DNA of 56,389 nucleotides, counting the filler, from Thelocarpon superellum (taxonomy: Eukaryota): NCBI GenBank assembly GCA_026025795.1. It is 2 parts of 2 records of this genome, joined end to end, with 100 filler letters (N's around TTAATTAATTAA, not from the genome) between each part and the next. Parts side by side here need not be neighbours in the genome. Positions count along the whole stretch, not along the records: positions 28,424 to 56,389 come from JAPEUG010000238.1; 1 more part is not named here. The stretch is one strand, 5' to 3'. Under the pieces are notes generated by a model that was given only the letters and a program-made list of their open reading frames with translations, made no database searches and was not told where the DNA came from. Position numbers and translations under genes: made by a program. Shown piece after piece: positions 36,647-49,785 of the stretch (positions are counted from its first letter, which is position 1; the number at the start of each line of letters is the position of its first letter).

Positions 36647-39600
36647 ATGAAAACGGGCTTCAAGGTGCGCCAGATCCAGTCATCACTCTTTGGACGATTC
36701 GCTGATGAAAGGACAAGTTCTCCAATCTCCTCGGCACGGTCTACTGCAGGGGGAACCTTCTCTTTACCCCCGATGGAACATGCCTGCTGTCGCCTGTAGG
36801 CAATCGAGTCACCATCTTCGACCTGGTCAAGTAAGTGGCACTGAGGATGGAAGAGAACCTCCCATTGATGGTGTGGTAGTGATAAATCGCACACCCTCCC
36901 CTTTGCCCATCGCAAAAACATCGCGCGAATAGGCCTGACTCCGCGGGGTAATCTCCTCTTGTCCGTGGACGAAGATGGACGGGCGATCCTCACCAACATA
37001 CCCAAACGAATCGTGCTGCACCATTTCTCCTTTAAGTCGCCCGTGTCGTCCCTCAGCTTCTGTTCGTCGGGGCGGTACTTTGCCGTCGGTGTCGGTCGGC
37101 ACGTCGAGGTCTGGCTTACTCCCTCCACGCCAGACGCCAATGCCGATGGAGAGCTCGAATTCGCTCCCTTTGTGAGGCACCGGGTCTACACAGGGCATTA
37201 TGATTCTGTACAGAATGTGGAGTGGTCAAGCGACTCCCGCTTTTTCTTGACGGCATCGAAGGATCTGACCGCGCGGGTATGGAGTCTGAACCCGGAGGAG
37301 GGATTTGTCCCGACGACATTGGCCGGCCATCGCGAAGGCGTGCAAGCAGCATGGTTCACCAAGGATCAAGAGAGCGTACGCGCCCTCATTTGACGAATGG
37401 ACGAGGCTGACACACGGTCAGATATACACCGTCAGTCGGGATGGGGCGCTCTTTCAATGGTCGTATGTACCACGACCGCAATCAAAGACGAATGGAACCA
37501 TGGGCGACATGGATGATGATGACAACATGCAATGGCGAATCGTGGAGCGACACTACTTTCTGCAAAATAATGCCAAGGTCAGCTGTGCGACCTTTCACGC
37601 TGACACCAATCTCCTCGTCGTTGGCTTTTCGACGGGCATCTTTGCCCTCTACGAGATGCCAGATTTCAATCAGATCCATACGTTGAGGTAGGCGGATCTT
37701 TACAGCTCTCATACCAAGCTAAATGTCGCAGCATCTCACAAAACGACATTGATTATGTCACCATCAACAAGACCGGCGAATGGCTTGCATTTGGAGCTTC
37801 GAAACTGGGGCAATTGCTCGTGTGGGAGTGGCAATCGGAGTCGTATATCTTGAAACAGCAGGGTCACTTTGACTCTATGAACGCACTCGTCTACTCGCCT
37901 GACGGCCAACGGATTGTGACGACAGCGGACGACGGTAAGATCAAGGTTTGGGACGTTAATTCCGGTTTCTGCATTGTCACCTTTACGGAGCACTCGAGTG
38001 GGGTGACGGCCTGCGAATTCGCCAAACGAGGCAATGTACTCTTCACAGCCAGCCTCGATGGGTCCATCCGAGCGTGGGATCTGGTGCGATACCGCAATTT
38101 CCGGACCTTTACCGCCCCGTCACGACTGTCCTTCTCATCGTTAGCCGTTGATCCAAGCGGCGAAGTGGTCTGTGCTGGCTCCCTGGACTCTTTTGACATC
38201 CACATCTGGTCCGTACAAACGGGTCAACTGCTGGATCAGCTAGCCGGCCACGAGGGGCCGGTCTCGAGTCTGTCCTTTGCGCAAGATGGCGGAGCAGTGG
38301 TGAGTGGATCATGGGACCACACGGTACGCATCTGGAGTATCTTTGGCCGGTCGCAAACCAGCGAGCCGCTACAGCTGCAAGCCGACGTGTTGTGCGTGGC
38401 ATATCGACCCGACTCGAAGCAGATTGCGGTCTCGACGCTGGACGGCCAATTGACCTTCTGGTCCGTGTCCGAAGCCGCGCAAGTTGGGGGCATCGAAGGG
38501 CGACGAGATGCGTCAGGCGGTCGCAAGATCAGCGATCGCCGCACGGCAGCCAACGTGGCCGGCAACAAGAGCTTCAACGCGGTGAGGTACAGCGCGGACG
38601 GCACATGTGTCCTAGCCGGTGGCAATAGCAAGTATATCTGTCTATACGACGTGCAGTCGGGAAGCCTGCTCAAGAAATTCACCGTCAGCATCAATCTCTC
38701 CATGGACGGCACGCAGGAATTCCTCAACAGCGCCTTGCTGACAGAGGCCGGCCCGCGTGGGCTTCTGGACGAACAAGGCGAGGCGTCGGATCTCGAGGAT
38801 CGGATAGATCGGACCCTCCCAGGGGCGCAGCGCGGAGATGCCTCTGTCCGCACCCACCGCCCCGAGGTCCGCGTCACCTCCGTGGCCTTCTCACCGACCG
38901 GCCTTGACTTTTGCGCCGCCAGCACAGAGGGACTTCTCGTGTATAGTCTCGACGCGGCCCTTGCGTTCGAACCGATCGACCTAGACGTGGAGATCACGCC
39001 GGCCTCGACGCTGAAAGCACTGGCACAACAGCACTACCTCAGCGCGCTCCTTATGGCTTTCCGTCTCAACCTACCCGCGCTCCTGCGACGAGTCTACGAA
39101 GCCATACCGGCATCCAGCACTGGCCTGATCGCGCGCGATCTTCCCACGACTTACATCGCACGCATGTTAGGCCTCGTCGTACGCATGATGGAGCAAGGCC
39201 CACACCTGGAATTTAATCTCCGCTGGACCGAAGCCCTCGTGACCGCCCATGGCCGCTGGATCCGCGAGAACCGCAGCCAGTGCGACACGGAATTGCGAGG
39301 GCTCAGTCGCGCCGTGACTCGCGTCCGGGACGACCTAACGCGATTGTACGTTCACACTCTCTCTCATTACTCTACTCTCCTCCCTTCGTCCACAACCGAT
39401 TCTTGTGCCAACTCTGTCTCGTTGGGATATACTGACTGGTGCGTGGGGGTAAACAGGGCAGATGAGAACATGTACATGATAGACTATCTACTGATGCAGC
39501 CTTCTGCGCGGCCAGGATCCCGGCCCACCTCGCAGCTAGCCTTATCGACTCCGCACACGAAGATGCTGGAACAGAATGGAGCCGGGTCAGGCAAAGACGT

Positions 39601-39823
39601 CATGAAGTTGGTGGAGAAGGCCTTTGGTTCCCTACACGCTGAAATTCACGCCGATGATGGAGATGAGAATGGAGTGGGTGAGATGGAGGGGTTGATGGTG
39701 GTCGGTGGTCGTGAGACCGATGATGAGAACTGGGATAAGATAGGAAATGGAGATGAAAACGGGAACGGGGTTGAAGCGGACGAAGAAGGGGCTTGGATTG
39801 GGCTAGCGGACCATATGGACTAA
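36647..39823 (+). CDS. PWP2: Periodic tryptophan protein 2 (U3 snoRNP/UTP-B subunit), multi-exon
   Basis: MKTGFK|FSNLLGTVYCRGNLLFTPDG, KLGQLLVWEWQSESYILKQQGH, RAWDLVRYRNFRTFT, multiple WD40 repeats, Utp12-like C-terminal region. Confidence 0.96.
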
Positions 39824-39992
39824 TTAATCCATCCATCCGTCCATCCATCCAACCTTACTTCTCGCCATGCCTATTTTCATACTCTCCCCTGTCTTGTGCT
39901 CTCCTACCCTGTGAATAGTGAAACGGATAAATACACCAGAAGCCCGTCCAATCCTCTCCAGTATGCCGCCGCTAACTCACACACTCACCGAC

Positions 39993-41935
39993 TCATTCAT
40001 CGTAAGCGTCGACCCTCGCCCGCTTGGCTGCTCTCTCCTCCTCCTCTCCGCTCCTGTCCCCCCTTCGCCCACCTTCTTGGCGCTGGATGCCATATCGCTT
40101 GCTGCCTTCGCCCTTCTTCTCGTCCCTAGCCGCATCACCCGCGCCATCGACCCTGGACAGGAAATCGTCGACTTCCTGGAACGGATCGGACGCGCCGACT
40201 GCCGCACCGCTGTCTTTTTCGAACTGGACGGGGCCGTTGCGCTCCTTGTTCACTGTTAGTTTCCATCGTACGAAGCGTGGTGGTCCCAAAGGGGGGGGAG
40301 CGGGGAGGACTCACCTCTGCGTCTCCGGCTCCTTTGAACCCTTCCTTCGCGCGTCCGAGCACGTCAAACCGTCCCGCGCGCTTGATCCGTTCCATCTCGC
40401 CCTCGCCGGCCTCTCCGGCCTCGTCCACGTCGTCTTCTCCTCCGGCTCGCGGGCGGTAGATGCTACTGATTGCGTCTTGGGCAGCGAAAAGCGGCTTGTC
40501 GTAGGCTTGGTCTTCGTTGAAGCCCGAATCGAAGCCCGAGCTCTGGTTGAACAGTCGACTATCCCACATGGCTTCCGACGACTGGCTGGGCTTGGCGAGG
40601 CCCAGGGCAACCTTCTCCGAGATGTCGCGGTTCTGCTCCCGCGCGAGCATCTGCATTCGTCGCTCGTTGCCCATTCGCGATTGTCGTAGCTGGCGCTCTG
40701 CTTCACGTCGTCGTTCGCGTCGCATCTCGAGTCGCTCGCGTGCGGCTTCGTCGTCCGAGCCGTCTGACGGGTCCGAGCCCTGTGATGAGCCGCGGTCGCG
40801 GGACGAGGATCGAGATCGTCGCCGTCCAGCTGCGCCGGATCGCTCCTCGCGTGCTTTCTGCGCCAGTGCTCGTAGATGCTCCTCCTTCTGCGCTTTCTCC
40901 TTCTCTGCCACCTTTTGTTGCATCAATGCTCGTTGCTTCACCTCCTCTCGCGCGTGTCGGTCGGCGGTGAAGAGCGATTCGGCGAACTGGGCAAACTTGT
41001 CGTTGATCGTCACGTCTTGGAGGCCACGGCCATCCGCTGCCAAGCGTTTGTCCAACGGTACTGTGTAGCCCTTCGGATTCTTCCAATTGGAGATGGGGGG
41101 CGGGATCCGCCACGCTTCCTGATCTTCCGCCGTGAGCTTTCGAGGGGGGGAGTGCATGACGGGCGGTGGAGGGGATGGCGGCCCGCGGGGAATCTTCTTG
41201 TGCTTGAATCGAGGCGGTTCCATCGGGTCTTGCTGTCGTTGGACAATCTTCATAATGCGATCGTTCTTCCGTGAATTGTCGCCCATCTGGTTGGCGGGCG
41301 TGTATCGCACGTAGGTGGGCTCGCTCCGGTTCGCGCCCTTGACGTTCTTGGGTTTCTGCGCCGCCACGGCGCCCGACACGAGGGCGGCTAGGGCATTCTT
41401 TGTCTTCTCCGTCTGCGCCGCCACCTCTTCCTCCGAGGGTCGGTCGAGCGAGATCTCTCCCACGTCGGCTCGTTGTCGGAGCGGGATGAGATCTTTGAAG
41501 GAGGCGTGGATGATGCGCTTGTCGTTGTGGCCCTGACGCGCGATGGCGTCGTATTTGACCTTGCCCGAGGCATCAACCTGCACGGCCAAGGCATTGCTGG
41601 TGGACGACCCTTTCCGGCCCATGTCCAGCGGATACTGGGCGACGGGAATCTCGGGGAAGGACCCGCCGTCGCCGTAATCTTCCGCCGCTCGCGGTCGCCA
41701 TCCGGAACGCTTGCCGTAGGGCGGTGGACCGGTTTGCTGATAGAGATGTGTCAGTCCATGTTCGACTCGGGAAAGGCGCTTCACTTACCCTGATCACGAC
41801 TTGCGTCTCATCCAGCGCACCGACTCCTACCACCCGTGGACCCCGAGACTGAGTGTGAGCTGGTAGGTCTTCACTTTCCCCAGTGTATTTGGGCTTGGGA
41901 AGCGCTTTGGACAACGAGGTGGCAAGAGACACCAT
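39993..41935 (-). CDS. PRP45: Pre-mRNA splicing factor Prp45/SKIP (SNW domain)
   Basis: DYGDGGSFPEIPVAQYPLDMG, DPMEPPRFKHKK, IPPPISNWKNPKGYTVPLDKRLAADGR, RDISEKVALG, GPVQFEKD; 2 introns. Confidence 0.96.
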
Positions 41936-42266
41936 GGTGATCGAGTGAGGATCGAGGCAGGGTTACCTCGCCCACGCTGGCCAAGCCTCGACGACGGTTG
42001 GTGTGATTTCTTCTTCGACTCGTGGGCTGGATGTCGACGACAACCCTGAGAACCTCGCGCCGCTTTTGCGCGTAAGAAATTGCTGACTAAGCGCCGATGA
42101 TTGTGCAGTCGAACTGTCTGACAACCGCCCACGCCTCTCTACGGCTACCGCCCTACCACAACTACGTGCCCTGTCTCGCGATGCTCCAGTCATCCATTGT
42201 TGAGGTCGTTGGTCTCATTAATCTTCCTGACTGGTAAGAGTGGTTGGGGGCGGCTACTACACCCTA

Positions 42267-43746
42267 TCACACCGCATCCATGCTCGCGCGCGTGCTCAGC
42301 TGCTCATTCTTGTTTCCCAGCCGTGAGATCTGCAGAAAGACGTCGACGCCGTATCCTTCTAGACTGTGCAGTGCGAGACTGCCCGCCCAGTATTCGGCAT
42401 ACACGCGGCTCATCGGAAGGCCCATGCCAAGGCGGAGGTTCGGCGGCCGGCTCGTGAGCGCACTTAGAGAGTTGTCCCGCGGGAGCAGATGGTCGTCGTC
42501 CTTGGCAGGGTCTTTCGTACTCTTGACGCCATTGAATTTGATCTCCTGCATTGTGGCAGCCATCTTCGGCACCTGCAGCAGGTTCTCCAGGCGTGTTTGC
42601 GTGTGAGGTCCCTTGCTGAAGGACCACAGGTGGGGGAGCAATTCCCGCGGCACACCCCCACCCCGGTCCGAGATGCGAATGATGACATGCTGCGGCGCCT
42701 CACAGATCAGCACTTCGATCGGTGGCGGGTCACCGGTGTGGTGTTCTTCTCGCTCCACCACAGCTTGGATGGAATTGCGAAGGAGCTCGCCCACGATATA
42801 TTCCAGATGACTCAGGATATACGGAAAGGTTGCGTCGAGATGGCCCGCGAGGGTGATGCGGGGAATCGCGGCCGAGGTGCCGTATGCCTCCCGCGCCAGG
42901 TCCTGCGCCGTTTTCGCGCACCGTTCCACCACTTCTCGAGCGTTACAGCGCAGGAAGACTTCGCCGACAAAGTCACCTTGGACCTCGGCGGAGAACTTGG
43001 CATCGGGGAAGTGCCAGGGCGAATTGAAAGTCTCGGTAAGAGACAGGTGCTGTTCCGCGATGACGCGTCGAGAAATTCGCTGGGGTCATGCCACCAGTCA
43101 GCATCCAACCCGCCAGCACGCGACGGAAAACTCACGGAACGAAGCAGTGTGTTCATGAACGTATCCATCTCCTCAGACTTCATGAGGCCTTGGCACTCAA
43201 GCACACCCATAGCAAGGCGGGGGATGACTGAGAGATGCTCCTGTAGCGTGGTCTTGATCAGCTGGCAGTAGCGGTCATTCTCCTCCACGCTTTTGATATC
43301 AGGCACGCGTCGAAAAGCATCAAAGGCCTTATAGTAGAGCTCGTAGACGTGCGACATGTGCGGGTTGGTGACGACGACATAGGGCAGGGTCTGCATATCA
43401 CGGATGCGATGCGCGATCCTATCGGCCATGAGCCTGTAGATGGCGTATCGGGAGCAAGAATCAAATACCTCGTCGGAAGCTCGCTGCGGACATAATTGGC
43501 CGAGCTCAGCAGCCGGCTCTCGGTCAAGGTACGGCCAAAGAAGGTCAATTGGCGTAGACTAATCGGGCGAGCCTCACGTTGAACATATTCGTCGAGCACG
43601 GAAGCCGGACGCCATCGGGCCGACGGAGAGGCCGGGGACGATGGAGGGAAGGTCTGGCGGGCACTGTGCCTCACGGCAGACCGCGCCCTCGACGGTGTAC
43701 CCCACCATGGCACCGGCGGACGGCGGACGGAGGAGCATGGCCGCAT
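42267..43746 (-). CDS. Mitochondrial alpha-ketoacid dehydrogenase kinase (PDK/BCKDK family, Pkp2-like)
   Basis: Presequence-like N-terminus; RPISLRQLTFFG, ELPTRIAHRIRDMQTLP, ELLRNS (N-box), RISDRGGG (G1), GMGLPMSRVYAEYWAG (G2), EGYGVD; 2 introns. Confidence 0.92.
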
Positions 43747-44077
43747 GTTTTTACCGCCATGAAAGTCGATATGCTCGTGGAGGGTCCACCGAGGATCGTG
43801 GGCCAAAATGGCGCTGCACGAGCTGTGACTCAGTGTTGACAGAAGCAGATAACACAGGTCGGAGCTTGCCGGTTCGCTGAGAACTCCTCGTGCGACTACC
43901 TGTGCTCACTCTCGTACTGAAGCTCCGCCCTAGAGCTTCAGTTAAGGCAAGACACCACAGATGTTGGTTGCACCGACCCAAGCTGAGTATCTTCCCAACC
44001 CAGCTGATGAGACGGATAGCTCGACGAGAAGGAGCTAAGAACAAACGGTTGTGGAGTAAGATGCAGCCTCTCGGTCC

Positions 44078-44114
44078 GTGTGCCTTGTGCCTTGTGCCTT
44101 GCGCCTTGCGCCTT
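44078..44114. repeat. 7-bp tandem repeat (GYGCCTT)5
   Basis: gtgcctt x3 followed by gcgcctt x2 in the intergenic region. Confidence 0.85.
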
Positions 44115-44942
44115 AGGTACGTCTATCATCTATAGCGGGCTTTTCGAGGTATTAAAAGGAACTCTAGCAGTGTGCTTCGCACTCAGGATTTCTTAGGGGC
44201 TTCGGATGGCGAAGGGCGCCGAGAGTTAAAGCCCAGGCCGTTGGAAAATGCACCTACGAGGTACCCAGGACACTTCTGTTGCAGGTCGTCGCTCACGTTC
44301 TCTTCACCCTCCATACCATGTGCGGGCACATGCAGAAATGACCCTGCTTGCAGCACTGATTGCAATCGCCTCGTCCGTCATCCATCGCAAAAGATATATC
44401 ATCTTCGTCAATGACCCTCGCCTTCGCCCAGACCATGTTGTTGTGGTTCGCAATCACAGGGAGCAGCTGGACGATTCCGATCCCATCTGCTACCGCCGTG
44501 CGAACCTTTCTTTTCAGCGACTACTCGTACTACTGTCTCGGCTGATGGACTCAGGCGCGCTTACCCAGCGTGCTACTTCAATGATGCGTTCGTACGCCGG
44601 TTCGAGCATAGCAGGCCACCCTTCTCCCTTCTTCGAGTAGCCGTTTACGCTCCCAAAGAGCTCTGATATGAGGGATGATAGTAAATGAAGTGGTCTGCTA
44701 TTGTTCTGAAGGACGAACAAAGTGAATGGAAACCCAACAATATGTAAAGATGCGGGATCAAAGGACGCGTTGGGAATGTTCATCTTTCGAGCGTTTGTGG
44801 GGCAAAGGCGCCACTGCAGCTTTACAGTAGACCATCACCACCTGAGCTCGAACATCTGACGAACTTTGCCATTTCGGATCTCCGCCAAATCGTGAGGCCT
44901 TCCGCGGCATCGTCCGGTCCTGCTCCGTCCCCTCACCCCTTG

Positions 44943-44974
44943 CCCTATCACCCTATCACCCTATCACCCTATCA
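44943..44974. repeat. 8-bp tandem repeat (CCCTATCA)4
   Basis: Four perfect units upstream of the USP7-like gene. Confidence 0.9.
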
Positions 44975-45224
44975 CCCCATCCTCCACCCTCGGCCTGGAC
45001 GACGACGGGCAGCGCACGCGTCAACCCTCGTTCCCTAACCCCTCCCGATCCTGTCATATCCCTGATCCCATCAAACTCGGTTGCGCATAGCCCGAGAGCG
45101 CCACCACCACCACCACCACCACCGGCGGCCGGCTCTCTTCATCGCATCACGTTGGCCACAGCCGCGGTGCCCGACAGCACTACCACCCTGCACAGTGCTC
45201 ACCTTCGTCTGCGCACATCTCGTC

Positions 45225-48200
45225 ATGGATCCGGTAAGGAGCCCCGCCCTTCCTCGCAGTGTCCGTCGTAAACATCCGCAGCGTCGACGGTTTTCTACTC
45301 TGTATATTCGACTTTGTGGCATGATCGGCTGATCACAGCCGCTCTCTGGCCCCGCCACCACATAGTTATCAGATACCGCCATGTTGGTGGATGCAGATGA
45401 GCTCGATGCCGTCGAGGAGAAGCAAGATGTCGATCTCCTCCACTCCGACCAGCTCGAGTCCAACCCCGCCGAGGCCGTGCCCGAGCCCGAACCTATTCTC
45501 CTCGCCGATAATTGTACGTCGCCCTCACTCTGCGCTCTCCGGCCCCCTCACTGACGCCTCCGCGCTAGTCGAGGCAATGAGAAACCATCTCTTCCAAGAC
45601 TCGGGCGATCTCGAGGTCGAGCACGAAGCCGTCTCGACCTGGAACATCGAGGAGTGGCGTCGACTGCCCCGCAAGGAACATGGGCCCATCTTTCAGTGCG
45701 GTGGTCATCCTTGGTACGCTATCGCTCCTGCCGGTCGCGCGGGCGCCGCGGACGCTGACAGGCACGCAGGAGAGTCTTGTTCTTTCCTTACGGCAACAAC
45801 GTCGACTTCGCCTCCTTCTACCTCGAGCAGGCCCACGAGGACAAGCCACCGGAGGATTGGTACGGATGCGTGCAGTTTGCGCTCGTCTTGTGGAATCCCA
45901 ACGACCCGTCGATCTTCTGTCAACACACGGCCAACCACCGCTTCACCGCGGACGAAGGCGACTGGGGCTTCACCCGCTTCGCCGAGCTGCGCAAGCTTTT
46001 CGCCAGCCGATGGGAGGATCACGAGCGGCCGCTGGTTGAGAATAATGCGGCCAACATGACCGCCTACGTTCGCATCGTCAAAGACCCGACCGGGGTGCTC
46101 TGGCATAATTTTCTCAACTACGATTCCAAGAAAGAAACCGGATTCGTTGGCCTGAAGAATCAAGGCGCCACATGTTATCTGAATTCGCTCCTGCAATCCT
46201 TGTACTTTACCAATGCTTTTCGAAAGGTCAGTTGACTGCCATCGTCCGACCGGACCCATGCTCATCCTTCGCCAGGCTGTCTACCAGATCCCCACCCAAA
46301 ACGAGGAGAGCCTCGGCAATAGCGCCTACACGCTGCAACGGCTCTTCTACCTGCTACAGACCTCCAACGATGCGGTGCCCACGGCCGAGCTGACGCGATC
46401 CTTTGGATGGGAGACCAAGCACATCTTCGAGCAGCAAGACGTGCAAGAGCTGTCGCGAATCCTCATGGAGCGTCTCGAGGAGAAGATGAAAGGGACCGAG
46501 GCCGAGAATGCCCTTCCCAAGCTTTTTGTTGGGAAGACCAAGACGTATGTGTCGTGCATCAATGTCGACTACGAATCCTCGCGGATCGAGGATTTCTGGG
46601 ATATTCAGCTCAACGTGAGCGGCAACAAGAACCTTGACGACAGCTTCAAGGACTATATCCAGGTCGAGACGATGGACGGCGAGAATAAGTATTTTGCCGA
46701 AGGCTATGGTCTGCAGGACGCGCGCAAGGGCGTCATCTTTGAGAGCTTCCCACAGGTCTTGCATCTGCAGCTGAAACGTTTCGAGTATGACGTGAACCGC
46801 GACGCCATGATGAAGGTCAACGACCGCTACGAGTTCCCCGAGTACTTTGACGCCACCCCCTACCTCTCGACCGACGCCGACCGGTCCGAGTCGTATCGCT
46901 ACCAGCTCCATGGCGTGTTGGTGCACAGCGGCGATTCCAACGCCGGCCACTACTACGCCTTCTTGAAGCCAACCAAGGACGGCCACTTTTACAAGTTCGA
47001 CGACGACCGCGTCACCCGCGCCACGATGAAGGAGGTGCTAGAGGAAAACTTTGGCGGCGAGTACAGCGTGCCCAACGGCACGACCGGCATGCGGAATCCC
47101 TACACCCGCACCCTCTCCACCAAGCGATCCATGAGCGCCTATATGTTGGTCTATATCCGACAGACCCGGCTGGACGACGTCCTGCTCGCCGTTGGGCAAG
47201 AAGATACGCCTCCTCACCTCCAGCAAAAGCTCGATGAGGAGCGCGATCTGCGCCGGCAACAGCGACAAGCGCGGGAAGAGGAACATCTGTACCTCACCGT
47301 GGGCGTCATCACCGACGACATCTTCCGGAAGTATCAGGGCTTGGATCTTGCGGCGTGGGAGGCCGACCCGGAACAGAACCCCGCCGCGCCACGGCATTTC
47401 CGCATCCTGCGCACGACGACGATTGGGCAGTTCACCAAGACCGTGGCCGAGGACCTGGGCCACGACCCAACCCACATCCGACTGTGGGTCATGGTCAACC
47501 GGCAGAACAAGACGATCCGGCCCGATCAAGCGCTCATGGATCCCGAGGCCACGATGGACGAAGCCTACGCCAAGAACGGGACCAAGATCGGGGGCTTTCG
47601 GGTGTGGGTGGAGCTGGCGGACAAGATTGAGGATGGCAAGGCCGTGTGGCCCGAGACGCAGTCATCGACCAACCCGGCCACGACGAACACGCCCGTGCTG
47701 CTCTTCCTGAAGGCGTTTGACGTCGATGCTCAGACGCTGAAAGGCGTCGGTCACATCTACCTGCGCAAGCACGAGAAGGTGTCAGAACTGGCCGGGCCAA
47801 TCCTCCAGCTGATGCACTGGCCGGTCGGGACCCAGCTCAAGCTCCACGAGGAGATCAAGCCGTCAATGATCGAGCCGATGAAGCCCAAGCAGACGCTGCA
47901 CCAGGCGGAGATCCAAGACGGCGACGTCATCTGCTTCCAAAAGGTCTTGACGGAGAAGGAGTGAGTGCCTCGGCGGTGATGGACGATGGCGGACCAGGCT
48001 AACCCATCTCACAGGTCGGCTGCCGTCATCCAAGGCGGTGGCTACGCAGACGCGCGCGACTTTTATGATTACCTCTGCAACCGGCTCACGGTGCGATTCA
48101 GCCCTAAGGCGCCGGCCAATCGGGAGGCGGAAACGTTCGAGCTCGTCTTGAGCAAGAAGATGTTTTACGACCAGTTCGCGGCCAAGGTGGGCGAGCACCT

Positions 48201-49154
48201 CAAGGCCGATCCCACGCATATCCGCTTCTACACCATCAACGCCACCACCGGCAACGCGAAGACGACGGTCAAGCCCAATCTAAACATGACGCTGCAGCAC
48301 ATCCTTACGCCGCAGTATACGTATGGCGGGGCGAACCAGGTGCCGAGCGCGCTCTACTTTGAGGTGCTTGATCTCAGCCTCAGCGAGCTCGAGACGAAGC
48401 GCAACCTCAAGGTCACCTGGCTCAGCGAGGGTGTCACGAAAGAAGTAGGTGGTGGCGGCACGTGGGTGAGGCATGACTGACGAGGATGGGCAGGAGACGG
48501 TTGATGTACTGGTCGCCAAGAGCGGCGTTATCGCCGACGCGATCCCGGTGCTGAAGAACAAGCTCAACCTCGACGACGTGCCGGCGGAACATCTACGCGT
48601 CTACGAGGTACACACGGGCAAGGTGTACAAGGAGCTACATGATAAGTTTGGCGTGGCGGGGATCAATGAGTTCGTGTCATTGTACGCCGAGCGCATCCCG
48701 GAGGAAGAGCTCGAGTCGACGGAAGGGGACAAGGCCGTCTATGCCTTTCACTTCAACAAAGAGCCCAGCAAGACGCATGGGGTGCCGTTCAAATTCGTGG
48801 TGAAGCCGGTGCGTTTCTCGGTTCGTGGGGCGAGAGCGGGCAGTTGACATCTGAACAGGGCGAACCGTTCAGCAAGACCAAACAGCGCCTGGAGAAGCGG
48901 ACGGGAATCAAAGGCAAGCAGTTCGAGAAGATCAAATTCGCCGTGGTGCCGCGCATCTCCTATTCCAAGCCCATCTACCTGGTCGACGGTCCGTCGCCTC
49001 TCCCCCTGTTGACATTGATGTGAGGCTGACTCGCCATGTAGATGACGTTCTCTTTGATGTTGCGACGGATGGCGAGGATCTGCTGGGTCTTGATCATGTG
49101 GATCGATCACGGGGGCTTGTGTCGGGACGGGGCGATGCGATTTTCATTCGATAG
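45225..49154 (+). CDS. UBP15: Ubiquitin-specific protease USP7/Ubp15 with MATH domain, multi-exon
   Basis: MATH domain ([27 protein letters not shown]), Cys box [22 protein letters not shown], His box [14 protein letters not shown]-terminal Ubl repeats ending LGLDH...DAIFIR*; first coding exon is MDP only. Confidence 0.96.
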
Positions 49155-49785
49155 CTTGCTCGAGTCCCTTGGCCTCAGTCTCGTCTTGTCTCGATGGGGA
49201 CGCGGTGACTGATGGGAAAGGTCTGGTGGGAGCATACATGGTGGTTGGGGTTAATCTGGGGCGCGCGGCATGGTGGAGTTGGCAACGTGCAGACTTGACC
49301 GACGACAGGTGAACCCATAAGCTAGGAAAGGTATTGTACAACACGACATGTAGTCAGTCGAATGGGATGAGATGAATCAAGGGTGGAAGGGGGAAGGGCT
49401 TCCCAAAAAGGTCAACATATCTATACAAAGATGATGGGTTTGACAACATGAGGTATTGCAAGACGAAGCACCCCACGGAGAGGGAGATTGGGGTTGGGAA
49501 TGAGAGGGGAGGGTCGATCAGCCAATCACAAGCGAGAACAGGACAGTGTAACTGTAAATCGAGTCGAGGCGACTATTGGCCACACGCCAAGGTTGGTTGT
49601 GCCCAAGTCGCCAAACCTCCGACCGGACAGGTGATGAACTTTCGTGCTGGCGTGCGTGCTAGAAGGAGTACACGTACGACAAGAAGGGTGTCGTACGACC
49701 ACCACCCGGCGCCTCATCCAGTCTACTCTCCATTGACACCTCCTCCTCACGAGCCTCCTTCCTGCTCCCTCTCCTCTCCATCATC

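Noticed and set aside
44943..45041. Interstitial telomere
   Set aside because: The unit is CCCTATCA, with only one isolated CCCTAA; not a TTAGGG array
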